DNA from: Camelus dromedarius
Lineage: Eukaryota
Length of the DNA: 64,000 nt
Assembly (NCBI RefSeq): GCF_036321535.1
Contig: NC_087436.1
Coordinates: 49,912,001-49,976,000, forward strand
Direction of reading: 5' to 3'
A program made the position numbers and the translations under genes. Positions 10,201-21,999 of this stretch are shown here, piece after piece. Within the stretch, counting starts at the first letter, position 1. Each line of letters starts with the position of its first letter. The notes beneath the pieces were generated by a model, which saw nothing but the letters and a program-made list of their open reading frames with translations, did no database searches and was not told where the DNA came from.

Positions 10201-13200
10201 TTTACTTTATCTAATCACTTGCAACCACAGAACATTGTTTTCAAGTGTGTATGAGACATCTATCAAAGTTTACAATACAGTGTGCAATAAAGCAAGTTAC
10301 AATACATAACAAAGAATACAATCAGACAGAATGTGTTCTCTGTGTAGTAGAATTAATCTAAAAATCAATAGCAAACCGATCATAATAACATTGCTAAATG
10401 TTTTAAAATTAAGCAACAAACTTACACGCAAACCATGGGTCAAAGAAGAATCAAAATTAAATTAGAAAATAGTTCAAGATGATTGATAATGAAAATATGA
10501 CATCAAAATTAGTAGAATGCAGCTAAAACATACTTATATTATATATATTTTGCTATAATAATACAATGGTTATAAAAGAAAAAAGACTAAAATCAACATT
10601 CTAAAATTATTTATCTCAAGCAGTTAGAAAACAGCAGCAGATTGAACACAAAGGAGGTCGAAAGGAGGAAATAATAACAATGATAGTAATAATTAGTAAT
10701 ATAGAAGAAAAACAATACAAAGAAGATGAAGAAGGTCTAAATAGGTTCGTGAAAATATCAATAAAACTGACCAACTTGTTTAAGCCTGACTACAAAGCTA
10801 CGGGCAGAACAAATCAGCCTATGAGAAATGAAAAAGGGAACACACTAAGACATTACCTATCAATATTAAAATAATAATAACAGCAAGTTGAAAAGAACTT
10901 TATTCCAAAGAAATGGAAAATTTAGATAAAATTGACATAGTCTCTCCCCTAAAAAAAGCCCCTGACCATATACCAAAACTGACACAAGAAAACTGAAAAA
11001 AATGAACGCAATGGTCCAATATCTACTAAATTATTTGGGTCTCTAAATAAGAACCTTCTTCCAAGAAGAGCTTCAGACGGTGTTTCGTTCACTAATGAAT
11101 TCGGCAAATCATTTAGAAAAAGTAAAAATCCTACGTGAACTATTCCAGAGAAGAGCAAAGAGAGAGAAATTTCCAATTTGTTTTATGAGGTCAATAATTG
11201 TTTACTAGAATGCAAAACGATTCACCAACATCTCTGAAGTCCTTAAAAAGGAGCAAACCAAATCGAGCCATATAAGGGAAAAAAATCATAACCAAATTGG
11301 ATTTATTCTATGAATGCAAAATTGGGTAATCATTAACCAATCAATATAATGCATCACATTAACAGAATAAAGGAGGAAAATCATATGATTATTTTAAAAG
11401 TTGTAGGAAAAAAACAGTTAGCACAAAAAGTATTAGCAAATGAGGAATAAAGAAAATTCTCCTTTAGATAAACAGTACCTACAAAAAATACTTATAATTA
11501 GATTTCCACTTGAAATGGCAAGGATAGGATAAATATAACTGCTTTCACCACTTCTATTCAAATATGTACTCAAGAGTGTAGCCAGTGCAACATATCATAA
11601 AAAAACAATAAGAATTCAAAAGGAGGAACAAAAATATCTTTTCCAAATCATATTATATGCATGTAGAAAATTCTAAAAAAATCCACGGAGAATCTATTGG
11701 AATTAACAATCTACATTTAAGACAGATACAAAGTCAGTAAGCAAAACTAATTGTATTTCTATATAGTAACCACAAACACTTATAAAGTGAAATTAATAAA
11801 ATTATTATTTGCAAGCATTAAAATCCTTTGAATAGTAAAAAATCTCACAAAAATTGTACAAAAATATTACACAGAAAAATAAAAAATATTTGTAAAAGAT
11901 AAGAATGCCTTATATGAGGAAGGGCATATTATGTTCATGAATAAAGATGACAGTTTTCTCCAAACTGACCCATAGATGTAATATCAATGAAAATTCTGAA
12001 AGTTTTAATTTGTAGAAATTTACAAGACTCTAAAATTTATGTGAAAGTACAAACAGCCAAGAATAGCCAAGACAAGCTTGAAGCAGAGCAAAATTTTAAT
12101 ACTTACACTATAAGATTGTAAGAGTTGTAATTAAGACACAGTAATTAAGACAATATGGGTTTATGGGTGGAAATAGACATAGGCCACTGACATAGACTAG
12201 GGAGTCTAGAAATAGACCAAAACATATAAAGCCACTTGACTCATAACAAGACACTGCTTTAGAGCAGCAGGAAGAAGATTGTCTAGTCAATAAACAGTGC
12301 TGGTTCGTTTGGATACCCCTTTGGGAAAATGGTAAATTTTAACCCTCTCTCATGCCATAAACAAAAACCAGTTCCAAGTAGACTATATTATGATTATCTA
12401 TTATTATTAAGTTATATTTTTATATAAAAGATAAAGCATAAAGATTTTAGAAAATAACATGTGGAACTACTTAAGGCTTTGATGTAAGTAAATATTTCTT
12501 AAACTGGAAATAATTATTCCTAACCAGAAGGGAAAAGTTTGATAATTTAGAAAATGTAAAATTAAAAATCCGTTTATTGAAAGTTACTGTTAAGAGAGTG
12601 CTAAGCCACAGGGAGGAAGAGCATATTTGCAACCTATGTAACAGACAAATTTTGCGTTTGTAGAATATAAAGAACTCCTAAAATCAATAATACAAAAAAA
12701 AAAAATCCTCAGACAACCAAATAAAAAACTTGGCAAAAAATACATTGAAAAGTATTTAGGGAAATGCAAATTAAAATTAGATACTATTGCACACATACCA
12801 GAATGGCCAATGAATTAGACTAACACCATAGATCGGCAAAGATTTAGCATAATTGAGACTGTCACACACTGTTGTAGGGGGTTTAAATCTGTAGCACCAT
12901 TCTGGAGAACTGTGCCCTGGCACCTACAAATCTGAGTCCTCACAGACACTCTGGCTTAGCAATTCTGCCCCTAGGTATATACCTGTCAGGTAAGCACATG
13001 TCTGCCCCCAAAACTTTAAGACAAAAATATTCATAAATCATATTATTTGTAATAGTCAAAAAGTGGGGGAAAAAGAAAGACCACCAAAAATAAAATGGGT
13101 AAATAAATTGTGATATTTTCACACAATGGACTAAGGTATGGCTATGAAAATAAATGAAATGTTGCTCTACAAACAATATAGATGAATCTCGGGCTGTTAT

Positions 13201-13488
13201 TGTGAGTGGAAAAAAAGACAGACACAAAATAGTATATATTATAGAATTCCATTATATACATTTTCAAAATAAGCAAAACTAATTAACATGAAAAATCAAC
13301 TTATGCTATTAGACATGAGCATAGTGGTTGCCTTTGTATGGGCAGTGTGGTTGTGACTGGAAGGGCCACATTGGAGCTACTGAGATTTTTGCAATACTTT
13401 AGTTATTAACCTAGCAGGTTTTACTAGTTTATCCACTTTGTGAAGATTCCTCATCTATGAATACTCTATCTTTATCTTCCTTAGCCAG

Positions 13489-13884
13489 TGCTGTGAACTG
13501 ATCTGTATTCTCTGCAATTCGTACGTTGAAGCCCTAACCCCCAACACGATGGTACTTGGAGGTGGGCTTTAGGAGCATAATTAGATTAAACGAGGTCATG
13601 AGAATGGGGTTCTAGTCCAATGGGATTAAATCCTTATAAGAAAAGACACCAGAGAGCTTTCTCTCTCTCTCTCTGCTTCAGCACAGAGGAAAGGTCACCT
13701 GAGGAAACAGCGAGGAGGTGGCCGTCATCTAAACACCAGGAAGAAGGTCCTCAACTGGAACCCCAGTGGGTTGGCACCTTGACCTTGGGCTTCCCAGCCT
13801 CCAGATCCATGAGAGATACATTTTTGTTGTTTAAGCTGCCCAGTCTATGGTATTTTGTTGTGGCAGCCTGAACCATCTAAGAGA
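13489..13884 (+). mobile_element. MLT1A/MLT1A0 MaLR solo LTR
   Basis: 'gttgaagccctaacccccaa', 'ccttataagaaaagacaccagagag', 'ttcccagcctccaga', 'gtttaagctgcccagtctatggtattttgtt'. Confidence 0.9.
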
Positions 13885-15176
13885 GCCCAGAAGCTCCAGG
13901 AAGATAAATACTATATTTTTAAATCTTGCATCTCCTGAATGGAGCATTATACCTGTCTAAAAATAGGCTTGCAAGAGATATTTAAACACTCACTTCCTTT
14001 CAACTTGCCCTTTCAGTGAAAGTAAAAAGCTCACATCCTTTCTTTAGTTTGTCTTACAAAAACGAAATATCACTTTATCTACCATATATAAAAATTACAA
14101 TAGGTAACACTGAATATGCTCTTTCAAATACACCCCAGTCTCACCACATCCTCCTGCTATTGCTCTCACCCTGCACCCTTTTGGATGCTTGTACCACTGG
14201 TATATAATCCTTTAATAATAACGACATGACTCATCTCACCTTCCAAATCAGTATTGTAACTTGGGCAGATCTATCAGAATTTAAATCTTAATGGAAGAGT
14301 AGTAAGTGTTCCTAGTGCTGTATAATACACTTTCTTCTGTGGACCAACAGGTCTTATCTGGGATCCATTATGTAATACAGGTGATGTATAAAGTTATTAG
14401 ATCATGGATTATTGGAAAATTCAATCCCACATTTTCTGAGGAATTCTACAACCTATAATATATAATAATCTGTATGCTTTTGGTTTTAACTCAATAGTGG
14501 GTATGAAATAGTGCAAGTCTTTCTGATATACATCTTTTGTTCACTGACTTTTTTCTTTTTTAGGTTTTCACTTCCTCCTAAGCTTTTCTTGATTACTTAT
14601 TTTAGCCATTTTTGAAGAGCACTGCTTAAAAATGTACACTCAGACATGGACTATTATGTGTATCTCTCATTTTAATTCTTTCAAATTCCATTTCCTCACT
14701 CCCAAAGAAGAGAAAAAAGGGGAAACTACCCAAAGCAAGACATTGGTTCTGTACATATGAACATGCATCTTGAAATACAAAGACTCTGAAGTATACGTAA
14801 TATGTAAGTGCTTTGCATTTATATAGCTCTCTGTTTTCCAGAATTTCACATACTTTATCTCTTTGTAGTTGCATGTATATTTCATTAGTATATTTTGATG
14901 TGGCATATAAAAACATAAAAAATTTCTATTACCCATTCTTTAAAATCCCCACGTTTTTACATTATGAGTTTTACATCTACATCTTGGTCAGTTACCTACT
15001 ATTTGTTCTTTCAGGCAATACATTTCAAAACCACAGTGTTAAAGAGTAATTGTAAAGGGAGTGCCCTTCTCCCGAGTTATTTTATACTTATATTTCATAC
15101 TTAACTTTATGTCTTAATTGCATATTTTATTCTTTCTGGCATTTTTTTCCCATAATCTCATTAATCTTATTTTTTT

Positions 15177-15665
15177 AATTTTTATTTTCCTTTTTATTGA
15201 AGTGTAGTTGATTGACAGTGTGCAATAAAGTGATTCAGTTATACATATACATATGTATATATGTATATTTTCAGATTCTTTTCCATTATAGCTTATTACA
15301 AGACATTGAATATAGTTCCCTGTGCTATACAGTAGGCCCTTGTTGTTTATCTATTTTTTCAACTTTTTTTATTGAATGATAGTCATTTTACAATGTTGTG
15401 TCAAATTCCAGTGTAGAGCACAATTTTTGATATATCCAGAAAGAAGCCAACTTCAAAAAGATACCTGCATCCCAATGTTCCTAGCAGCACTATTTATAAT
15501 AGCCAATACATGGAAACAGCCTAAATGTCCATCAACAGATGACTTGATAAAGAAGATGTGGTATATTTATACAATGGAATACTATTCAGCCATTAAAAAT
15601 GACAATGTAATGCCATTTGCAGCAACATGGATGTCCCTGGAGAATATCATTCTAAGTGAAGTAAG
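15177..15665 (-). mobile_element. Composite L1 insertion: two antisense L1 3' ends plus an inverted ORF2 C-terminal segment
   Basis: Antisense 3' UTR at 15177-15359; second antisense 3' end at 15363-15428; sense ORF2 at 15429-15665 (…TWKQPKCPSTDDLIKKMWYIYTMEYYSAIK…); TSD-like flanks at 15159-15174 / 15666-15681. Confidence 0.85.
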
Positions 15666-16025
15666 CATTAATCCTGTTTTTAAAATAATCACAGTGTGTC
15701 TATTCTACAGAGCCTTAATTGATTACCATCTTATTGATCACAGCTAATTCTTTATCTTCTGTTGCTAACTAGTTTAAAATCCTCTCCTTATATTCAACCA
15801 TCTTAACTTGTAGATTTCCAATATCTTTTATACTTTGAAACGTCTTACCCTTGTGAAGCAATCTCATATGAGGTGATTTTGCTTTTTTTTCTTTTCCACA
15901 TTTTGACCTTTAGCAAGATTTTATCTCCTTTGGGCAGCATTGACAGTCTCTGCTACAAGATTGAATCTCCTCCAAGATGATTTCAGTTGTGCCTTTCAAT
16001 TGTTTGGGCTTACTATTTCATAAAG

Positions 16026-16060
16026 CAAAACAAACAAACAAACAAACAAACAAACAAAAC
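16026..16060 (+). repeat. (AAAC)n microsatellite
   Basis: Visible directly in sequence. Confidence 0.95.
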
Positions 16061-17959
16061 TCTTCACAGAAATATCCTACATCCAGTTGGTAGTAGGAAA
16101 ATGTAATTGACACATAAAAGACAAAGGATTAAAGTTGTTTTATAGCACTGTATGTTTCTAAGAAAATTCTCCCTTTTTTTTTGCTAAACCATCATCAACA
16201 AACATGGGTTGAGCATCCTGATAAGAGTGTTGATTGATAAGCACATTACAGTCCCTCTTTACAAATATATAGATTATTCCTAAAAATATTACATAAAATA
16301 TGGGAGCCAATTTTTTCATTCCCATTATATTTTCCTTATTTCTCATTCACTCTAAACCGTCTTTTAATTGTGGATATTGAGTTTTTACATTCATTTTATT
16401 CCTGAGAATTCTTCTCTTCTGACATCACCCCCATGATCCCGCTCTTTCAGTAGTTGTTAGTAATGGACTTGGCATTATTAATATTATTAATATAAATTAA
16501 TTTCTTTAATTCATTATTCACTGCCCTGGTGTTCAGTTGAACCCTTGTTTCCTATTAGGAGATCTATTGTTTAATATATAAAAAGTAGAGGGCTTAATGG
16601 ACTTTTCATACACATTTTTTACATTTTTAAAACATTTTTTACATTTTTACCTTATACAGCAGAGCAGAATAACCCCAGAAAGTCCAGGACAAGAAGTCTG
16701 GTTGAACTAGAGGGTTGGAACAAATACGGCAACACTGACAGAGAGTACAGTTGGCTTAAAATGGGCCTGGGAGCACCACAGAGCTAAGCAGAGGCCAAAG
16801 TCCAGAGTCTTTATGATCGCAGTCAGGTTTTCAGTTAGATCAGAGATTCAACCAGAAGTATGTTAGTTGTGACAAAAATCTTATTCAATCTAATTTAGTT
16901 CTTAAAAATGCTAATGTAAATACACTTTTCCTGGCTGCAGGATTGTATAAACCCAGGGGTTCAAGTGATGTCTGCAGTTACCCTAAGAACTCCCTCAGAA
17001 AAAAGAGAAACTCTTCAGAGAGCTCAGACTAATGCATCCCACTGAGGACGTGGTCCAGCCCAAGTCGTGGGCCTGTTTCTGAAACAAGTGCGGTGGATGT
17101 ACATGAACAGTGCAGTGTCAGCCCTCCTGCAACCTGTGTGAAAAGCCCTCCTTCACAAGGAGCAGGTGACTTTGTTAGCTGAAGAGGGTAGGAGCAGTGG
17201 GCAGGGAAAACACCTGGCCAGATGTGAGATGGTTAGGACAAAAGCATCCTCTAATTAGAAGTAGGAACCGGTCCTATAAACTGATATAATGACCAGTGGG
17301 AGGCAGAGACAGACAGAGAAACACTGGCTATGAAGGGCCAGAACCTAGACAAGAAGGGAGGCTTGGCTGAAATCTCCAGAACCCAAAGTCAGAGGGATTG
17401 AGTAACAGGGGTCAGAAGAGCGGCAGGAGTTTGTGCAATGACATGGAAGCCAGCTCCGAACTGACATTGATAATGAACCAATGCCTTTGAAGGAACGGGG
17501 TCCTTGTACATCTCCTTCCCAAAGCCTGAGTTGATACACAGGAGTCGAAATAGAGTGTGGGTGGAATTAAAGTCCCAGGCCAAGCAGGTAGGGGTGCATT
17601 CTTAGAACAGGGGAGCAGCAACAAACCTCTTTAAAACATGCGACCCCCTTTTCAAGTGATTCACTCACTGCCAGGGAATTAGATGCACCCATTGGATAAG
17701 CAAATATTATTCTACTGCTCAAAATAAATATCAGTATTCTTTTTTCTTTCTTTTTTTCCAAGCTGGTGTTTGACACAGAGGAATTTGTTCTGTAAAAGTC
17801 CATATATCCCCACCTAATTAAGAAACCTATATTCTTGTATCAACTTTTAAACACTGTTTTCACACCGTGTTTATTCATTACTTTCTCTTGGTCTTGTTTT
17901 TCTAGGGGCACTAATTATTTCAGGTCTACTAATTATTCCAGCTGTACTAAGTACGCTTA

Positions 17960-18105
17960 GTCAAATTCCTAGGCGTCTCTAAGTATTCGTATCCTCATCT
18001 GTAAAATGGAAATGATGCTGTGATCATCTTATAAAGTTGCTTTGGGGATGTATGAAGCTGATGTAGGTAAAACACCCAGCACAGAGCTTGGTCCTTAGTA
18101 AACAC
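17960..18105 (+). mobile_element. MIR SINE fragment
   Basis: MIR core 'tcctcatctgtaaaatggaaatgat' and 3' part 'agcacagagcttggtccttagtaaaca'. Confidence 0.75.
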
Positions 18106-18232
18106 ACATTCAAGCTCTTTTCTACATACAAAAGAGTGACAAAATAACTCATGGTGGCTCACATGGTGCCTGCATTACCATATATTGAATTAGAATAACA
18201 TGAAGACAGAGTCCCAGCTGAACACAACATTC

Positions 18233-19279
18233 TGATAACCTGAAGGGTCAGTGCCTCTGAGTTATCTATTTTCCTGAATTCATGAATGAGGGGAGCTTGA
18301 TCCTCTGGGGCGTGTCTCGGAGGAAGAGAAGATGAGAGACAGAAGAATCGAGAATGACAGGATGAAGCCTTCTCTCAGCTGGGCCTGATATTCCAGGCCT
18401 AAGTCTGTGGTAGAAGGAAAAATCATTTAAATGAGACTTCTTCACAAGGGGCTTAATGAGACTCAGACACAGACTGCGCTGTTTCTAGGGTCCAAATGAC
18501 ACAAGGGCAGCACAGCCTTGGAGACAGGAGCTTCCTACAGACTTTCTCTGGATGAGCGCTCTGGCTGCAGGTCTTCCCAGTGAAGAGGTGGCAACTTGGG
18601 GAGTGTTAGGGGACCAAGTTCAAGGGCAGTGCTACTTAAAGTGTGGTCTACATTTGGTCCTGATCCATAAACTACTAGTACAGAAAGTAAGAGTAAGCAT
18701 TCAGAAACTTTGATAGCAATTTGACATTGCCGTGACATTCAAGAATATGCTCTTTTTCTAGTAATTCATTTTTATTGTATTTTACAAATGTATTGGTTTT
18801 GTGTCAGATTAAAGGAGAAAGCTCTTCCTCCAGTACAGATAGGGAACGTTCTGTGTATTACTGGAGATCACTGTCAGCTCTGGTGGGGGGCAAGTCACCT
18901 CCCTTACGGGGGTTTCTGTTGGTGAACATCAGTGAAAAACTGAAAGGGCAAAGCTTGAGTGAATCTATCCCTGAGCATATATGTGCTGAACACAAGAGTT
19001 TTGAAGCTTTGCTGTATGCAAACATGAGTAAAATACATAATTGTCATCACTGTATAGATGATACCCACCAGACTTCCACAAAGAACTGGGAGACATCTTG
19101 GCCTGAGAACTGAGATCCTGCATCGGGAGGTGAGGGGCAAAGAGTCATTAAAATTTGGCTTATTAATATCACTGTGGGATTATTTGTTCCTGCATAGAAA
19201 TTTTTGGGTTGGTATCATGTTTTTTCATATATGTCTATGTGTAATAAAATAATAAGTAACAGTTGAATGGATTGTTACA
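18233..19279 (+). mobile_element. Possible ancient Gypsy-type solo LTR, interrupted by a hAT element
   Basis: Starts TGATAAC and ends GTTACA; AATAAA at 19243-19248 near the 3' end; about 800 bp after removing the nested hAT. Confidence 0.3.
18627..18873 (+). mobile_element. hAT-Charlie non-autonomous element (Charlie4/MER5-like)
   Basis: Terminal CAGTGCTACTTAAAGTGTGGTC...CACTG; internal 'gaaactttgatagcaatttgacattgccgtgacat'. Confidence 0.7.
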
Positions 19280-19849
19280 AGAGAAACAAAACAAGATAGC
19301 TGCTTGGTCATCCCAATAAATAACAGAGCAAAGGGTAATCTAAGCACCTAAACTGGCCCAAAGGGAGTCTGAAAAGGAGGAAACCAATGAGTGCAGCGGG
19401 AGGAGGATGTCAGCAAAGAGCACTGCTTTTATTTATTTGAGGATATAAGCCAGATCTGAGAAAAGAAACCAGAGACCAGATATAATTTAGAGCCTTTTTT
19501 TTTGTCAATTAACTCTGTCCAAGTACAAAGGGAAGTAGATTGCAACGAGGGGGATATTAAAGGCTTCGCAAGCCAGAGAAAGAAAATTCTGGGTGAGAGG
19601 TAGGCAGACCTCAGGAACTTAGATCCTGGTATCCCAAAATGTGCAAATCTTAAACATTGAGGGAAATCCTTTTCTCATATGAGATGGTAATTTCATAGGA
19701 GTATCAAGTGATTTTCAAGTAAAGAAAGAGGAGAAATGAATTCTGCCTTGGTGGAATGTGAGAGTTTCATTGTTGGATGATAAATGACATGAGCCTTGGG
19801 ATTAAAAAAAAGAATTTTAATAGCCTGAATTGAGCCGGTGGGAAGAGCG

Positions 19850-19960
19850 TGTTCCACACTTAACTGACTTCGTAACCATGTGTAAGTTACTTGGCTCTTT
19901 GTGCCTGGTTCCTCGTCTCTGGGAGATGACTAATGAAAGGAATGATTTTATAGGTTTAGT
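19850..19960 (+). mobile_element. MIR fragment
   Basis: 'cacttaactgacttcgtaaccatgtgtaagttacttggctctttgtgcct..ttcctcgtct'. Confidence 0.55.
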
Positions 19961-20382
19961 TACAGAAAGAATGGAGTACACAGTGAGAAAGTGAAAGTCA
20001 GTCCTGCTGGCGATCACACGTTTCCAACAGAACAGTAATATTTGCAATGAGAGATAATGAGGTCAAGAGAAAAAGATGTTTTCAACAGGACACACACAAG
20101 GCCACATTCAGCTGCCCAGTAACTAAACCCTTCTCCTTCTGAGTGACAGCTGCTTTCCACCAATGATGTTCCAGGTCTGCTTTGTTCCGCCTTCCTGGAA
20201 AAGAAGAAAGATCAATTGCTACAGTAGTTCTCACAATTCTATCCTTTCCTGAGCATCAACCAGCACTAACAATCCATATAAAATACCGCTTCTTATTCCT
20301 CTTACTGAGATGCACCCAAGGGCTCTTGGGGAGTGCATTTTGCCTTTGTTGCAGCAAGCTAAATAGAACTTTTTTCCTTCTT

Positions 20383-20518
20383 TTTTTCCCTAATTTAAAA
20401 AATATCTTATTTATTCATTTTTTGTTTTGGGAGGAGGGAATTAGGCTTGTTTATTTACTTAATTATTTTAACAGAGGTATGGGGGATTGAACTGTACCAC
20501 TGAGCTATCCCTTCCCTC
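20383..20518 (-). mobile_element. Vic-1-like SINE with an internal deletion of the anticodon arm
   Basis: Reverse complement reads GGGAAGGGATAGCTCAGTGGTACAG^TTCAATCCCCCATACCTCTGTTAAAATAATTAAGTAAATAAACAAGCCTAATTCCCTCC; T/C-rich TSD-like flanks. Confidence 0.85.
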
Positions 20519-20639
20519 CTTTTTCTTCTTGACTACAAGGGTGCGCCCCGTGGCCCCCGGTGGTATTTAACAATAGAAATCATTTACAACAGAGGATGTA
20601 ATGAGTAGAAATACTACTTGCTGTCATGCAGGAAGGCTG

Positions 20640-20765
20640 AGTATTCTCCTTCCATTTTACAAATGAGAAAACTGAAATGGATTTAGTAAAGTCATTTCCT
20701 TCGGAACACAGAATACCATGGTAAACGGTAAACCTGAGGATTAACCAAGGATCCAAATCTGGTGT
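20640..20765 (-). mobile_element. MIR fragment
   Basis: 'ccattttacaaatgagaaaactga' is the antisense MIR core. Confidence 0.75.
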
Positions 20766-21999
20766 TTGATGTTATTGTAAAGAGTTTTTGTCAAGAAGCT
20801 CAGTTTGCGGAGGATAATGGAAGAGATGATAAAGGGCCAGAGCGGACAGCAACAAATCCTACAAATTGCAGAGCCAACACAGGATGCCTGGCCAAGGTGT
20901 TAGTCTAAGTCTGTTCCTCTCTTCATTGTCATGCTAACAGGTACCCCGCTCTCACCCCACATTGTCTCAGCTATATCAGCCATCGGTGACTTCACTTCCT
21001 AAACTCACCCTTCTGGAAAGGGTTCTTACTGAGCCACAGAACTGCATCCTCTAGGACGTTAGCCTCCCCTTCTAGGTATACAACAAGAGAAAGTCCAGCT
21101 AGTTAGAGGAAAAGCCAAAAGTTCACGGCTCCTTACTCTGCAATGCTCTTCCACAGTACAAAGTGCCTAAATAGGTCCGGCGTCCTGGATTTTGCCACGT
21201 CCTCTTCATCCACAAACACGTGTCTGCCTTTCTACATAGATAGTCTGTACTACTGACAAAGGTTGACCAAAGCAGGCAATAATTTATAAAATCCCATGTG
21301 CAGACCCTGTGTCTCAAGGATTTTAGCTTTTTCTCTATGGCTTCATCGTACAATTTTAAACTCTTCCTTTAAAAAGTTCTGTAACTTCTTATATCTTAAG
21401 AAGAACATCACACTCTCCACCCAGCTAGTCTCTCCTCAGTAAGTAATGAAAAACTCAAGGACATTTATCTTATTTTTCACTCGGTTTAGTAGATTATTAA
21501 ATCACTTTCACTTCAAGTTTCAAAACATTTTAGCATATCTACTAAAAACACTCTATTGTGACTGTTTTTGCTCTCTTAAGTTATGTTGACTTTCCTGTGT
21601 ACACCTTTAGTTAATTCCTTGCCCTTGGCTGTTTTTCTCATGGTCCTTCATAATTTGCCTGTGCACTTGCCACTTCTCTAGTGATATTTATGTGGAGACA
21701 GTGTATGGTTTTCACCCTCTTTAGTAACCCTAGAAATGATACCTAGTGATCTGATAAATGAAGTATATAGTACTTCTCACTCTGAATTCATGTGTTATGT
21801 ATTAACTTTAACTCACACAATTATAAATAAAATCTACTGGAGCCAAATTGATTTCTCCCAATTTCTCCCAAGTATCTTCTAATTTAATTATAATATTAAT
21901 CTTTGTTTGTATTTATCCTGAATTGTGAAGCTGTAAAGCAGGGATGGCAAATACTTGGCAACAGGGAATGCCTTTCCCTTTCTATGACTATGGTTTGTA

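Larger units (their letters stand above)
8930..13460 (+). mobile_element. Ancient L1 (L1ME-type), about 4.5 kb of degraded ORF2 and 3' UTR
   Basis: A-rich strand with ORF2 relics ('catgcaaacactaaccagaagaaagct', 'catcacattaacagaataaaggag', 'agccaagaatagccaagaca') and an L1ME-like 3' end ('gtggttgcctttg...gactggaagggc...cactttgtgaagatt'). Confidence 0.85.

Noticed and set aside
15376..15747. 123-aa ORF as a host gene
   Set aside because: Its core is the L1 ORF2 C-terminus; the flanks are antisense L1 and unique sequence.
20540..20566. GC-rich GCGCCCCGTGGCCCCCGGTGG as a CTCF site
   Set aside because: Needs a gap or several core mismatches to fit the motif.
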